From the NCBI GenBank assembly GCA_018304165.1, contig JAGVWS010000034.1, positions 1 to 56,801 of the forward strand: a stretch of 56,801 nt of DNA, read 5' to 3'. Shown here in pieces: positions 9,612 through 20,384 of the stretch; within the stretch, counting starts at the first letter, position 1, and each line of letters opens with the position of its first letter. A program made the translations under genes and the position numbers. Below the pieces are notes generated by a model that saw only the letters and a program-made list of their open reading frames with translations, was not told the DNA's origin and searched no databases. The DNA comes from Candidatus Pacearchaeota archaeon. GTDB taxonomy: Archaea; Nanobdellota; Nanobdellia; Pacearchaeales; GW2011-AR1.

Positions 9612-10016
9612 TTATGCACTCATGTGCAAAAATTCTTCTGGTTTTAGAATTCTAATTCCGCGATATTCTTTTAAGTTTAAGAGGTGTTTGTCTTGGCTAA
9701 TGATAAATTCTGCCTTGCCTGCCACAGCTGCCTCTAAAAATTTATTGTCATCAGGATCCTCTTTAATTACTTCTAATTTTTCAGAAGAATAAGTAATTGT
9801 AGAGTTTTCAATAATGAGATTTTTCCATTCTTCTATTATCTCTTCAGGCATCTGGATTTTGAAGTTACTTAAAGTTTCAACTAATTCTTCTATTATTTCT
9901 AAAGAGCTAATCATCTCAAACCTGCCGTTTTTCCAGTTATCAATTATTATCGAACAAAAATTACCACTCCAAAATATTCCTGAGATAAATATATTTGTAT
10001 CCAAAACAACCTTCAT
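9612..10016 (-). CDS. PIN-domain toxin (VapC-like)
   Basis: VVLDTNIFIS, DPDDNKFLEAA, ISQDKHLL. Confidence 0.93.
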   Translation of the reverse strand: MKVVLDTNIFISGIFWSGNFCSIIIDNWKNGRFEMISSLEIIEELVETLSNFKIQMPEEIIEEWKNLIIENSTITYSSEKLEVIKEDPDDNKFLEAAVAGKAEFIISQDKHLLNLKEYRGIRILKPEEFLHMSA

Positions 10017-10273
10017 CTTCTTCTGACATCCTTTAAAGCTTCTTCTATGTCTGCTTCTTTTAGACCATTATTTTTTGCCAAAGCTCTAGTCTTACCAAGA
10101 AGTTTTTCAAATCCCCTAAACGAAGGCATCTCTATCTTTTTAAGAATTATAGTACTGCCTTCTCCAATTATAACAAACTTCTCTCCATCTTTAATCTTTA
10201 ATTTCTCTCTCAATCTTTGAGGTATAACTACCTGTCCTCTTGAGCTGAGGCTTGTGATTTCTATGCTTTCCAT
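10013..10273 (-). CDS. AbrB/MazE/SpoVT-family antitoxin
   Basis: SSRGQVVIPQRLREKLKIKDGE; ATGA overlap with the PIN gene. Confidence 0.92.
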   Translation of the reverse strand: MESIEITSLSSRGQVVIPQRLREKLKIKDGEKFVIIGEGSTIILKKIEMPSFRGFEKLLGKTRALAKNNGLKEADIEEALKDVRRR

Positions 10274-10283
10274 TATTTAATTT

Positions 10284-10319
10284 CTAATAAGTTTATCTTA
10301 TTAGTAAGATTAACTTACT
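10284..10319 (-). promoter_or_regulatory. Tandem palindromic operators of the AbrB-PIN operon
   Basis: CTAATAAG-N5-CTTATTAG and AGTAAG-N5-CTTACT between the TATA box and the start codon. Confidence 0.65.
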
Positions 10320-10371
10320 TATAAACCTTTCTGTTATAAGTACAGAATATAAAAAGATAATGTATAAAAAC

Positions 10372-11295
10372 TCAAGTCGCCTTTAGATTAGATATTCTCA
10401 TTAATCTAACTTGGCCGATTCTTCGCCATTCTTCCTGGACAGTATACTGCAATAATTTTTCAGGAGCTCCATCATCTTCAACATCAACTCTCACGAATGT
10501 TCCGTAATCAAACTGCCTCGCTGTTTCCAACGTTTCTGGGTCTATTAATTCAAATCTTCCAAGATTTCCGGGATTTATTACTATGCAAGCCTCCCCATTT
10601 TTCTTCTCTATTCCGTTTACTCCCCCTACTCCGTTGAGATTATTGCCGTTTGGTCCTGCTTCATGGATGTGTCCACTTAATACTAGTCTTAAATTATTGT
10701 CTTCTTGTAGATATCTTCTGGATGTTGGAGTTCCTACATGTTTTCCATTGTGCATATCATCACATAAGCCATAAGGTGGATTATGAATAACGGCTATCTG
10801 GGGGTTTTCTTTTTCTAAAAGAGTCCTTAGTTCTTTTGGATCAAATAACTGTATTTCTCCCATCCTATAAAGCGGAACTAAGTTTCCTTGGCCAATCCAG
10901 TCGTCATCAAGGTTTCCCCCGCCGCCATAACCGGCCACTGTTATTCCTTCAAGATTTAATGCCTTATTATGTATATCTTTATCACCAAATACTTCTCCAA
11001 GTGGCCCGTCATAATTTCCGGGTATTGTAGTATAGGGCATTCCGGATGCGTCAAGAATTCTTTTATATTCTCTTAAAATTCCTTCATTATGGGTTCTTTT
11101 GGCTTTTCTAAATTCTTCTACATCTCCGCTCTTTAGTAGTTGCTGCCATGCTAATAGAGTGTAAGGTCTTAAAGACAAGTCTCCAACATGAATTATTCTG
11201 CTATTTTTTAATCCTTCGGCCTTCATGAAGTCCACAGCTCTTGCTACTGCTTCCAAATCGTCGTGTGTGTCGGATATTGCATATATGTGTTTCAT
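10372..11295 (-). CDS. Metallophosphoesterase
   Basis: SDTH, VGDL, PGNYD, HNPP, SGHIHE, INPG motifs. Confidence 0.92.
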   Translation of the reverse strand: MKHIYAISDTHDDLEAVARAVDFMKAEGLKNSRIIHVGDLSLRPYTLLAWQQLLKSGDVEEFRKAKRTHNEGILREYKRILDASGMPYTTIPGNYDGPLGEVFGDKDIHNKALNLEGITVAGYGGGGNLDDDWIGQGNLVPLYRMGEIQLFDPKELRTLLEKENPQIAVIHNPPYGLCDDMHNGKHVGTPTSRRYLQEDNNLRLVLSGHIHEAGPNGNNLNGVGGVNGIEKKNGEACIVINPGNLGRFELIDPETLETARQFDYGTFVRVDVEDDGAPEKLLQYTVQEEWRRIGQVRLMRISNLKAT

Positions 11296-11353
11296 TTGAG
11301 TGTTGTAGTTATCTGATATATAAAAAGGTAGTGATTATAAAAAATGAAGTTCC

Positions 11354-12904
11354 TTACTTTCTCCTCTTATATATCACTCCGATTATCACCAGAATTAATA
11401 AGAGTATCAGTATTAAAAATATTGTCAGCAAGCTTGTTGTTTTACTGGATTTAGTGCTTGCCGAGGTTTGAGCTTCCTGATTTAACGCAATAGTTTCAGT
11501 CCTTCTGGTTTCATCCTCATCATAATACAGCCTGTTGTTCAAAGCTAAGTCGTTATCCTGGAATTCTCCGCCCCTTATAATGCCGCTTCCTAAATTATTG
11601 CCGTCATTGGTTGTTGTTGAGCCATCCTTGACCTTGACGCTTATAGTGCCTGAAGTTGATGATCCTTTATTATCGCTTACAGTAACAGTTATTTCATATC
11701 GCCCCTTGTCGCCGTTTTCAGTCCTCCACTCGCAATCGCTTCCAAAAGGTGCACTGCATGAGGTTGTTATGAAATCTCCGTCCGGGTCATATGCATCAAC
11801 ATTAATTCTGAACAAGTCACCTTCTTCCCTCCCGTTATAGTTCAGGGAGTTAATTACCGGTGCTCTATTGGTAATGTTAGTCATGTTTGTTTGGTTAGTC
11901 TGATTTGTTATATTTGACGGCCTTGCCGTGATTGTGATATTGACGAAGTCCATTGTTAAGTTCTTTCCGTCGCTGGCTGTTACATTGATTCTATAGTTTC
12001 CTGCGTCTCCTGCTCCTGTCTGCCATGCCCCTGAATTATTGAATGGTGAAGTGAAAGCTACATTTATAACATCATTGTCCTGGTCGCTTGCTGTGTATCC
12101 TATCTGTATGAAGTCTCCTTCGTAAGCGCTTATTGAAGTATTGAATAGTGTGAGTATTGGAGCCCTGTTGGTAATGTTAGTCATATTTGTCTGGTTTGTC
12201 TGATTGCCTGTCTGATTGGTCTGATTAGTTGGAGGGATTGTCTGGTTTGCATCAGTTATTACCAACCTCTGTCCTCCGATGCTTGCCTTTGTTAAGCTTC
12301 CATGCGCTACTCTCCCGCCAATGTAAGTTGCAACATAGCCATCATCTAATTTTACTCTTCTGTCAGGTGTTATTGCAGATTGTGTTGAGAATATTGTTTC
12401 CGGCCCAAGGCTGCCATTGGAATACAGCTTTCTGGCAGTTATCTCAAAATAATTAATATGCGAGTTGCCTTTTGCTGCCGCATCCTTTACCTTTGCACCC
12501 CATCCAACGACAACATAATCATAGGAGTAGTCATTTGAATGAAAAGACCAACTGTTCAGGAATATGCTCTTGTCAATCTTGTTTTTGTCCCCGAGAACAA
12601 ATTCCCTCTCTAAGCCAAGGCTGCCGTCATTTCTTAATTCTCTGGCTTTGACAACAATAGGCTTCATGACATATGCCCCGACTTTGTTGACACTATCTCT
12701 GTCAGGATTATAACTCATGCCAATTCCCAGCCCCGTTATAACATAATTTCCCGGGAGTGTAACTTTAGCTTCATCATAAACAGTTAATCCTGATTCTTTC
12801 ACCTGGAATTCTCCAAGATAAGCTGCAGCACTTACAGCGCTGACTGATAGAATTAATGCCAATGAAACTGCTAAAAATAACAAACCCATTCTTAGTGGAA
12901 CCAT
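11354..12904 (-). CDS. Membrane-anchored surface protein (three-repeat N-domain, two Ig/PKD-like repeats)
   Basis: Signal peptide, two NRAP...D.D.D...G.Y.I.VT.SD domains, NQT linkers, C-terminal TM plus KRRK. Confidence 0.85.
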   Translation of the reverse strand: MVPLRMGLLFLAVSLALILSVSAVSAAAYLGEFQVKESGLTVYDEAKVTLPGNYVITGLGIGMSYNPDRDSVNKVGAYVMKPIVVKARELRNDGSLGLEREFVLGDKNKIDKSIFLNSWSFHSNDYSYDYVVVGWGAKVKDAAAKGNSHINYFEITARKLYSNGSLGPETIFSTQSAITPDRRVKLDDGYVATYIGGRVAHGSLTKASIGGQRLVITDANQTIPPTNQTNQTGNQTNQTNMTNITNRAPILTLFNTSISAYEGDFIQIGYTASDQDNDVINVAFTSPFNNSGAWQTGAGDAGNYRINVTASDGKNLTMDFVNITITARPSNITNQTNQTNMTNITNRAPVINSLNYNGREEGDLFRINVDAYDPDGDFITTSCSAPFGSDCEWRTENGDKGRYEITVTVSDNKGSSTSGTISVKVKDGSTTTNDGNNLGSGIIRGGEFQDNDLALNNRLYYDEDETRRTETIALNQEAQTSASTKSSKTTSLLTIFLILILLLILVIIGVIYKRRK

Positions 12905-13178
12905 TACTACTTTAAAGTTTCAATGTATTTATAAACCTTTCTATAAAGTAGTAACTTAAAAGTTACATAAGATATAATTATCTAAATGGGCATTAGAAAG
13001 ATAGCTCTAACATATATAACCTATAACAGCCATAAAATAGCCCATTAGAAAACAATTAATGTATGACACTTACCTGCAACTTAAACTGCTTTATTAAGCC
13101 CTATTAGTTGGTTTGAACTGATTATAAGTTATCTACTTGGTCTGATTATTGCCTAATCACCTAAGATAATCAAGGCTC

Positions 13179-14537
13179 TTACTTCGCCTTAATTATAGAT
13201 CCTGCTCTTGAGAAAATAGATTCCTTATAGACCTTGACTTTCTTCTGGAGAGAGCTTTCCTTCTTTTTCTTTACTCCGAGGATTCCCAGGGAGATCAGTA
13301 CCATGATAACTATAATTATGACTACAATTATTACAATGGGCCATATTGCTGCCTTTGATATCCCTCCTGCGCCTCTTATTCCTCCGCCTTCCCCGGCGGC
13401 TCCTTCCTCACCAATAACCTCTCCGGTAATTCCTCCCGGGGAAAATAACGGGCTTTCTAAAGGAGTTATTGTTATTTCAACTGTCTTCTTTATTATGTTT
13501 ACTGACTTGAGCCTTACAGATATATCATTTTTTCCGTCAGAGTCAAGGTCAAATTCCCTTGTATCACTGACGCTCAATGTAACTATTTGTTCAGTACTCT
13601 GAACTCCCATAGTTGCTGTTGTGTCAGTAAGATTGATGAGTCTTACGCTGTGGTTTACTGAATTCATTGTAAATACAGCCTTCTCATTCTTTGCTAATTC
13701 AACTGTCTTTGCTGCAATGAGAGAGCCAAGATCATACTTAGTAACTCCGCCCCCGCCCCCTCCCCCTCCTCCGCTTGAGCTTGAGCTTGAAGTTGGGCAG
13801 TTAGTGCATGTTACTGTACTGCTCGTTGAGTCGCTCTTTGTAGCCACTCCCCCCGTGCCCGTCGCTGAAGCAGTTATTGTGTACTGGCAGTTTCCGGAGG
13901 TTCCCTGAGTTACAGTCCATGTTCTTGAATTTTTGCTTCCGTCAGTCATTCCGCTTATTGTTTTCTGTGAGCTCTGGCTTCCTATGCTGCATCCTCCTGA
14001 ACTTACAGAAAATGTAAGTGTTACGTCAATGCTTCCTCCTGCGGTGACTTCAGCAGTTGAATCAAAATTTGCACTCATTGCTGCACTTGAAGCAGAGTTG
14101 TTAACAGCAACAATTACATTTATTATATTGACATTTACATTCTCGTCAGCCACAAAGGTGTCCGTAACATCATCAAGGGTTATCTTCTGGAAGCCGTTGC
14201 TTCCTGACGTTGTTGCTCTAAGCCCTGTAAATGTCACTTCAGCTGACTGTCCTACTCCTATCTGTGAATTGGTTGCCTTTGGATAGTTTGAGCTCTCAAG
14301 CCAATTGCCTGAATCCGGATACAGAGTTGCAGTTCCAAGTGTTCCCGAAGCATCTCCATTATTCTGCACCTGAGCAGTGCATGAAAATGCTTCATTAGTT
14401 GCTGCTTCGCTTGGGGTGCATGAAAATGCAGTTACCTGAAAATTAGCCGCGGCGCTTGCCAGGCCGGATAAACCTATTAGTATTGCCACTAATGCTATGG
14501 ACTTCGCTAAATTATATTTCTGTGTTTTTTGCAACAT
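13179..14537 (-). CDS. Surface/S-layer-like glycoprotein with C-terminal TM anchor
   Basis: Signal peptide, S/T-rich beta domains, S6G11 linker, DLDSDGKND loop, TM plus basic tail. Confidence 0.85.
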   Translation of the reverse strand: MLQKTQKYNLAKSIALVAILIGLSGLASAAANFQVTAFSCTPSEAATNEAFSCTAQVQNNGDASGTLGTATLYPDSGNWLESSNYPKATNSQIGVGQSAEVTFTGLRATTSGSNGFQKITLDDVTDTFVADENVNVNIINVIVAVNNSASSAAMSANFDSTAEVTAGGSIDVTLTFSVSSGGCSIGSQSSQKTISGMTDGSKNSRTWTVTQGTSGNCQYTITASATGTGGVATKSDSTSSTVTCTNCPTSSSSSSGGGGGGGGGVTKYDLGSLIAAKTVELAKNEKAVFTMNSVNHSVRLINLTDTTATMGVQSTEQIVTLSVSDTREFDLDSDGKNDISVRLKSVNIIKKTVEITITPLESPLFSPGGITGEVIGEEGAAGEGGGIRGAGGISKAAIWPIVIIVVIIIVIMVLISLGILGVKKKKESSLQKKVKVYKESIFSRAGSIIKAK

Positions 14538-14631
14538 TTTATGTTATTGTGATAAACTTGTTTTATGTTTTTGTTAATCTTTTATGATGCGCCTTATGCA
14601 TATTTCTTTAACCTGCTCTGTTTATCTATTA

Positions 14632-14720
14632 TAGTCAAGGAATTTAATAGTTGAACAGTCAGTCATTGGCTATCAAAGGAAAGACATGGTATCTTAGTTA
14701 ATTATTTACGTCTTTCACTA
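14632..14720. mobile_element. 89-bp double-hairpin MITE, lineage 2
   Basis: TA|TAGTCAAGGA...TCTTTCACTA|TA; colinear copy at 44431-44519. Confidence 0.75.
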
Positions 14721-14766
14721 TATTTATTCATATTTAATCTTATTTATCTTTTATAATTACATCTCC

Positions 14767-17700
14767 TTATGATGTTACATTTATCTTGAATGCAGCATAT
14801 GCACTTCCTGTATTCCAGTCTCTGTCCCAGCATGACACCTGCAGCGCATAATGCTGTGCTGTTAACGGAGCATTATTTGTCGGGTCTGTTGTGTTGAATG
14901 TATAAGTGTGTGTGGTGCTGTCAGTACTAAATCCTGTAGTTCCATATTGATACCAGTAAGTATAATTGGGCCCGCTGCTCACAGAGCGATAGTCCCTGCT
15001 CACATAATCATACTTGTAATAAGAGCCATTAAAGTTATACTTAGTGTAATTGCATGATTCTATTAACCCATTAAGTGTAGTCCCATTAGCGGATTCTGTT
15101 GCATTAACACAGGAATTCCATGCACGGAACCTGTCATAGTCCGTTAAATAAAGATTGCAGGTAGCAGTCTTGCTTGTAGTTGCGCTAACGCTGAAGTTAT
15201 TTCCTGTAAATGTTGAATTAATTGTGGGGCTTGACAGGGTTACATTTGGAGGAGTGAAGTCCTTTACCTGCATATAGCCTCCCTTTATCGTAGCGCTTCC
15301 TTCGCTTCCCGAGACGCTTACTTTTATTCTGTACTCTCCTTTAGTCCAATTGCTTGCTCCTCTGGATATCTTTATAATGCCTCCGGTGTTGTTGCTTACC
15401 TGTGAGCCTCCCCCAACCAGGCTCCATGTTGCTGAAGTGTAAGTTCTGCACCACTCATCCCAGCAGTTTGATGAAGGAGCAGAATATTCTACATTAGTTA
15501 TATTAGCAGCTACATTCCCATATGATACATTTCTTACATACAATCTTATTGTCAGGTTATCGTTAGGCGCAAAGTAGTACTTCCAGTTTCCATTTTCATC
15601 AACATTTGAATAATAACCATTATATAATTCCCTGGCATCAATGTAAATTCCATACCAGTCCTGCAGAACTGCTGTATCATCAACTTCAGTCCATTCTGCA
15701 TATAGATAGTTAGATCCTACAGTCCAGCCGGTTGATGGAGCATAGATGCTTATTGTTGTGCTTCCATTTACTTTGCACGCCCCTGAAGTCCACGAATTAC
15801 AGGTTGATATTCCATTGGTGCTGTTTGCCTGAACAGTGAAATTATATTCTTCCTTTGAGCTGCTCCACCCTCCACCGCTGCCGCCGCTTCTCCACTGGTA
15901 GATTTTAGTTAAGTTGCCTTGTTCTACTCTGGAAGTGTTAGTGCCCCCGTATAAATTTACGCTTACATTGAAGTTTTCATTAGTCTTCTTGCTGTTTCCC
16001 CCGCTTACAGAGCCCCATGTTATAGAAAAAGGAACTGTCCTGAAAGAAATCCACCCATTCTGTGTCAGGTTGTTTTGCGTATCGTTAACAACTACATTAA
16101 GGTAGTGGTATCCACCCCAGCTCCCGCTGCTCCACTTCCCCGTGGCTGGGTTCGGGCATAACTGGAAATTTGTCTGGTTCCTGAAAGAAGAATTGCTGTA
16201 ATTAGTATAAGCAGTTCTTGAACTGGACATTCCTGTCCAGACATCTTCATATACTCTTTGTATTGTGTAATTGCTGTTCAAAAGAGTACTGGATGCCCAG
16301 GATGGCTCATATACATAAAGTGTTGTATTAATGCAGTCGCTTCTTCCTATCTGGTAACTGCTCGTGCTTATAGAAATTCTAAACGGCTTGACGCTGAAGT
16401 ACATCCACCCCGTTGAAGTATCTCCGTCAGAGCCGTTTAACACTATCTCTCCCCAGTACCATCCGCTTGGCCAATTTCCCCCGCCATAAGTTATATTTAC
16501 TTTGGCAGTTCCATTAATCTGACTTGGAGTTATATTAAAGTCTCTTAAGTAAACAAGCTCTTTATTTTGATATGTTGTATCATCCCAATATCTAAGGCTT
16601 GCATTGGTTATGGTTGTATTCAGATAATCTGAAGCGTTATAACTGGATCCCCACCCCTTATAGCTCTTTACAGTTGTTATGTTATAGTATCTTGGCTCGT
16701 TGTTCTTTATTTCATAGTGCCAGTAATTATTGTCTCCAGAAACATTTGTCGGCCTTGTATCAACATAGAATGCTATGGTATTAAACCAGGCATATCCTGT
16801 TTCTGTTCCATTCACATCCAGAACTACATTATAATATCCTGTTCCCCAAGTTCCGCTTGTCCTGTTTATGCGGAGAGTGTAATTGGTGCTTTGGTTGGCT
16901 GCGCTGGAGCCCCAATACCATTGGTTTGACTGATTTACTGCAATGGTGTTTGAAACGAACTGCGACGAATTAAGATCTTTGCAGGGCCAGCTCTTGCAGT
17001 CCTGTATTTTCTTGACCCCTATTGTTATATTTCCTCCAAGGCTTTCTCCGCCGCCATAAGAATAACTCCAGTCTCCTGCATTGGATATCTGCACATAGAG
17101 AGTTATATTCTCTTTGGAGTTAAAGTAAGACTTGTAATAACATCCCGAAGTACTGCACTGTATCGGGCTTCCGTAAGCATTCCACCTCTTTACTCCAAAC
17201 CATGCGTATCCATAATCGCTGTTTCCGTTGCTGTCAGTTCCCTTGAGAATTACTCTGTAATATCCTGTCTTCCAGTTTCCTTCCGGAGCATACTGGGCAG
17301 GAAGAGTTATTGTTCCCTGCCCTGTTGTTATGCTTGTTGAATTAACCATTGAATTATTGTAAGGATAGTTTATCGGTGGCCATACCCATTCTCCATCCCT
17401 TCCCTGATACTCAACTCTTTCAACAGACACTGTTCCGCTCAATCCTCCGCTCCCATAAGAGCCCCACCATCCCCTTCCGGCTTCATACATCTGCACTGTA
17501 AGAGTTATGTTTGAGGCGGGCCTGTTCTGCCATGTCTGGCTCCATCCATAAATATAGAATGACCTTGCTTCAAAGAACCCATAGAAATCATCCTGGGTTT
17601 GTCCATCGGGGCCAGTCGCCTTAATGAGCACGCTGTAGGTTCCCCCATCCCATTTATTAGCAGCCTGAACTGTGCAGGTATACCCTCCGGAACTATCGCT

Positions 17701-19839
17701 TGACACGCATACTGAAGATGTTTCATTCAGGGCGTATGTTGCCCCATTCTGCGTATTCTTGGCAGAGACTACGCTTAGAGTAGCATTATTGACTGCCTGC
17801 TGTGTTTGCGTATTTATTGAGCAGGCAGAGCCCATTCCATTGCTTGCGTTAGATGAGAAATTAGAAACGCTTGCCTTTCCAAGAGGGTTATTCGCCTGTA
17901 TTGCTTTTATTTCAAAGTATACTATATCTGTAGTTTTGAACTGGTATATATAATAATACCCGCTGCTGCCCGATACCTGCCCCGGCGTATTCTTTGCTGA
18001 GACGCAGATGTCATAAGGATTGACTATGAACCTTGCAAATCCTGCTACTGTCCTGTTCTCCGCAAATATATACAGGTCATAGACTCCCCCGAACTTCGGA
18101 ACATCCATTTTTATTCTCTGTGCAACCTGTGCTTGGGTGCCTGCAGTGTGATTGACTGCCCATTCTAAAACAGAATTTGTTGTGTTAACAAGGGAGAATG
18201 AGCTTTTATTAGTGTAGCTCATTGCAGTGCCGTTCATATAAGTTACACTGAATAATTCTATATCACTTAAATTAATTTGTGTTGCTGTCTGGTTGTAAGC
18301 GCTTATTGTTATGTAGACTGCATCACTTGCTCCAAATAATTCTTTTATGTTTCCCTCGCTGTCAGTTGATTGCGCCTGCATTACTTTGTCTATGACATTT
18401 ATCGTCCTGCTTGCTACTTGTGTGTCTCCGCCGTTGGAAAGGGTCAGCTTAAATGTATAGCTTCCGGAGGTTGTCGGGGCTCTGAAAGAAAACTGGTAGC
18501 ATCCTTCAGTTCCGCATGAGGAATTCCATGTGACATTTGCAGTGAGGATATTATTATTAAGATTGTCTGTAAGATTTGCCGAGAATGATGTGGCATTGAT
18601 TGCAGGCACTACGCTTGCATTGGACCTGTATCTTGGATATGCCTCAAAGTAGAGAGTTTTGTTCGAAAACGTGCTGTACTCATATTCAAATCCGGAGCCA
18701 ACAGACTTCTTGCTGAATGTCAGTTTCCAGTCCTTTACTTCAAATGAAGAAGTTTCTGTCCTGTTGCCGTCTCCCTCCTTAGTTATTGTGACAATTGCAT
18801 AATATGTTCCATAGCTGAAGCTCAGGCTGCTCACTGTAAATACAAATTTGTTTGTAAATGAGTTGTTGGAAGTGAGGGTTGTTGAATTAATTGTCTGCAC
18901 TACATTGCCTCTGCTGTCTGCAATGTAGCCTGAAAAATTATAAACAGCCGTAGTGCTGTTCTCTACAGCATTCACTTCCACGCTCGCCTGCTCTCCCAGG
19001 GCAAAGGTATTCTTGTATGACTTTCCCAGTTCATCCTTCATGTAAACATTGGCTGTGAAAGGAATTACTGAAAAAGAGCTGTATGACTTGAAGTTATTAG
19101 TCTCAAGAAAATAACTTCCGTAGCTTGAAGGCGCTGTTATTCCGAATGAACACTTCCCGTCGCTTCCTGTCGTGCAGTTAAAGCTCTGCACAATTCCTTT
19201 AGTGTTGTTCCTTAAAGACCCGTTGATGGTGACATTGCTGACATAATTTGCTTTGTCACTAAGAATGCTTGCTGCAGTTATGATGACTTTTACAGTCTCA
19301 GAGGGATTATAAGTGGATTTATCGGGGCTTATTTTTATGGAGTCAATTGTCTGGCTGACTACCCTTATCTCCACTTCAGAATATTTGATAGAACTATTGC
19401 CGTCGATATACTGAGCCCTTATCCTGTATTCTCCTTCAGAAGAAGGTGCGGGTATTCTGGTATAATTAAAATGGTACGTGCTGTTTGAATAGAATGCTCC
19501 TCCGGAGTCTGTGGTAAGAGTATAGTTGCCCACATAAGTTCCGTTGCTTCTGTACCTTATAGTTAAATTTACAGAATAGCCCGATTTAAGTGAAGAAGCA
19601 GTTACTATAGTCCCGTTGTCAGAATAATTCGCTTCATACACATATCCTTTGAATTCTATCTGCTCACCCGTAGTATAAACTGTATTTGGAACTACAAAGA
19701 ATATATCTGAAATATAATAATTTGCTGTGACAATGTAAGCAGAGATAACAACAGTTAAGAACACGCCAAGAACAAGCAATTTGTCAGCTTTTTTTCCGAA
19801 TTTCCAACACATAAAACCTCTTTTGCGGCTGTAAACCAA
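14767..19839 (-). CDS. Very large secreted/surface protein (1690 aa) with MG2/Ig-like repeats
   Basis: N-terminal TM/signal; PNTVYTTGEQI and PDKSTYNPSETV MG2-like starts; dense N-x-S/T sequons; W/Y-rich beta repeats. Confidence 0.85.
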   Translation of the reverse strand: MVYSRKRGFMCWKFGKKADKLLVLGVFLTVVISAYIVTANYYISDIFFVVPNTVYTTGEQIEFKGYVYEANYSDNGTIVTASSLKSGYSVNLTIRYRSNGTYVGNYTLTTDSGGAFYSNSTYHFNYTRIPAPSSEGEYRIRAQYIDGNSSIKYSEVEIRVVSQTIDSIKISPDKSTYNPSETVKVIITAASILSDKANYVSNVTINGSLRNNTKGIVQSFNCTTGSDGKCSFGITAPSSYGSYFLETNNFKSYSSFSVIPFTANVYMKDELGKSYKNTFALGEQASVEVNAVENSTTAVYNFSGYIADSRGNVVQTINSTTLTSNNSFTNKFVFTVSSLSFSYGTYYAIVTITKEGDGNRTETSSFEVKDWKLTFSKKSVGSGFEYEYSTFSNKTLYFEAYPRYRSNASVVPAINATSFSANLTDNLNNNILTANVTWNSSCGTEGCYQFSFRAPTTSGSYTFKLTLSNGGDTQVASRTINVIDKVMQAQSTDSEGNIKELFGASDAVYITISAYNQTATQINLSDIELFSVTYMNGTAMSYTNKSSFSLVNTTNSVLEWAVNHTAGTQAQVAQRIKMDVPKFGGVYDLYIFAENRTVAGFARFIVNPYDICVSAKNTPGQVSGSSGYYYIYQFKTTDIVYFEIKAIQANNPLGKASVSNFSSNASNGMGSACSINTQTQQAVNNATLSVVSAKNTQNGATYALNETSSVCVSSDSSGGYTCTVQAANKWDGGTYSVLIKATGPDGQTQDDFYGFFEARSFYIYGWSQTWQNRPASNITLTVQMYEAGRGWWGSYGSGGLSGTVSVERVEYQGRDGEWVWPPINYPYNNSMVNSTSITTGQGTITLPAQYAPEGNWKTGYYRVILKGTDSNGNSDYGYAWFGVKRWNAYGSPIQCSTSGCYYKSYFNSKENITLYVQISNAGDWSYSYGGGESLGGNITIGVKKIQDCKSWPCKDLNSSQFVSNTIAVNQSNQWYWGSSAANQSTNYTLRINRTSGTWGTGYYNVVLDVNGTETGYAWFNTIAFYVDTRPTNVSGDNNYWHYEIKNNEPRYYNITTVKSYKGWGSSYNASDYLNTTITNASLRYWDDTTYQNKELVYLRDFNITPSQINGTAKVNITYGGGNWPSGWYWGEIVLNGSDGDTSTGWMYFSVKPFRISISTSSYQIGRSDCINTTLYVYEPSWASSTLLNSNYTIQRVYEDVWTGMSSSRTAYTNYSNSSFRNQTNFQLCPNPATGKWSSGSWGGYHYLNVVVNDTQNNLTQNGWISFRTVPFSITWGSVSGGNSKKTNENFNVSVNLYGGTNTSRVEQGNLTKIYQWRSGGSGGGWSSSKEEYNFTVQANSTNGISTCNSWTSGACKVNGSTTISIYAPSTGWTVGSNYLYAEWTEVDDTAVLQDWYGIYIDARELYNGYYSNVDENGNWKYYFAPNDNLTIRLYVRNVSYGNVAANITNVEYSAPSSNCWDEWCRTYTSATWSLVGGGSQVSNNTGGIIKISRGASNWTKGEYRIKVSVSGSEGSATIKGGYMQVKDFTPPNVTLSSPTINSTFTGNNFSVSATTSKTATCNLYLTDYDRFRAWNSCVNATESANGTTLNGLIESCNYTKYNFNGSYYKYDYVSRDYRSVSSGPNYTYWYQYGTTGFSTDSTTHTYTFNTTDPTNNAPLTAQHYALQVSCWDRDWNTGSAYAAFKINVTS

Positions 19840-19956
19840 ACAGTTATATTGTAAATGACACTACTATAGTATATATAAACCTTTTTGTCGTTTTGAGTAT
19901 CTCCGATATAAATTAATTCACCTATAGATTAGAAATAAGATGTATAAGTTCTATTA

Positions 19957-20088
19957 TAGATAATTCCCTTGATTATAGCACTTTCTTTGGAATTATCTAT
20001 CACGGGACTGAGAAAACCTTCGGTTGTCAAGATGCTGAAGATGTTGCATCTTGAACACACTCAAGAACTCACGTTCTTGAATTCACGA
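19957..20088. mobile_element. MITE lineage 1 carrying an internal REP-like twin-hairpin module
   Basis: Same termini and TA flanks as 8085-8175; centre replaced by the TGTCAAGATGC...GCATCTTGAAC...TCAAGAA...TTCTTGA module. Confidence 0.85.
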
Positions 20089-20384
20089 TAATTAATTTTG
20101 AAACGCCGGCCGCATGGTTATTAACGAGGATAAATACTATCAACTATCAAGTCCTTATCAAAGTTAACCTGACCGGATTAACATTATTAGTTTATTCCTG
20201 AACTTATTGCTAAATTATATCTGTATCAGAGATACTGCGTTGCCTTGAATGAGTGGTACCTATGTTTTTATAGAATTTTAAGCAAAAATGAAGGATGTTA
20301 AGTTTGATATTGGACTTAACAGACTGCAAAGATTAATATAGTAACCTTTTACTTCATAGATAATAAACAAATACCAATAATAAA

